Positions 63,951-64,000 of a stretch of DNA of 64,000 bases are shown here, in pieces. Each line of letters starts with the position of its first letter. The stretch's first letter is position 1. Both the position numbers and the translations under genes were made by a program. Source of the DNA: Microcaecilia unicolor (Eukaryota); NCBI RefSeq assembly GCF_901765095.1, contig NW_021963017.1:238253-302252 (forward strand), given 5' to 3'. The notes beneath the pieces were generated by a model, which saw nothing but the letters and a program-made list of their open reading frames with translations, had not been told where the DNA came from and searched no databases.

Positions 63951-64000
63951 AATGTTTTTCTCCTGTAACTGCAGAAGCTGCGCTTAGTGATCTGGGGGAG

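Overview
This window reads as non-mammalian vertebrate (amphibian-like) intronic DNA, heavily loaded with transposable elements, not a prokaryotic locus. The only host gene I can support is a PARP-family gene on the + strand, most likely PARP4 (vault PARP). Nine GT-AG-bounded exons between about 5.9 kb and 61 kb encode a contiguous PARP regulatory/catalytic domain followed by the start of a VIT domain. The rest is a mosaic of mobile elements:

- a nearly intact DIRS-like tyrosine-recombinase retrotransposon (36181-42154) with inverted terminal repeats and an internal complementary region, inserted into ORF1 of a minus-strand Tx1/L1-like LINE;
- a second, degenerate DIRS copy whose recombinase C-terminus is present inverted;
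- an apparently intact Tc1/Sleeping-Beauty-like DNA transposon (51907-53500) with a 350-aa transposase ORF and IR/DR-type TIRs;
- a 4.9-kb non-autonomous hAT-like element (8-bp TSD) carrying a nested Harbinger-like MITE with a ~1.2-kb internal palindrome, plus two small hAT-like MITEs;
- Tigger/pogo, Gypsy gag-protease, CR1 and L2 fragments, tRNA-derived SINEs, several palindromic MITEs, minisatellites and tandem duplications.

No CRISPR, rRNA or functional tRNA is evident. The long Gly/Pro-rich ORFs in the six-frame track are translation artefacts of GC-rich palindromic or minisatellite DNA. I can only propose family assignments and activity status; confirming them needs alignment to repeat and protein databases. 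Coordinates of degenerate elements are approximate.
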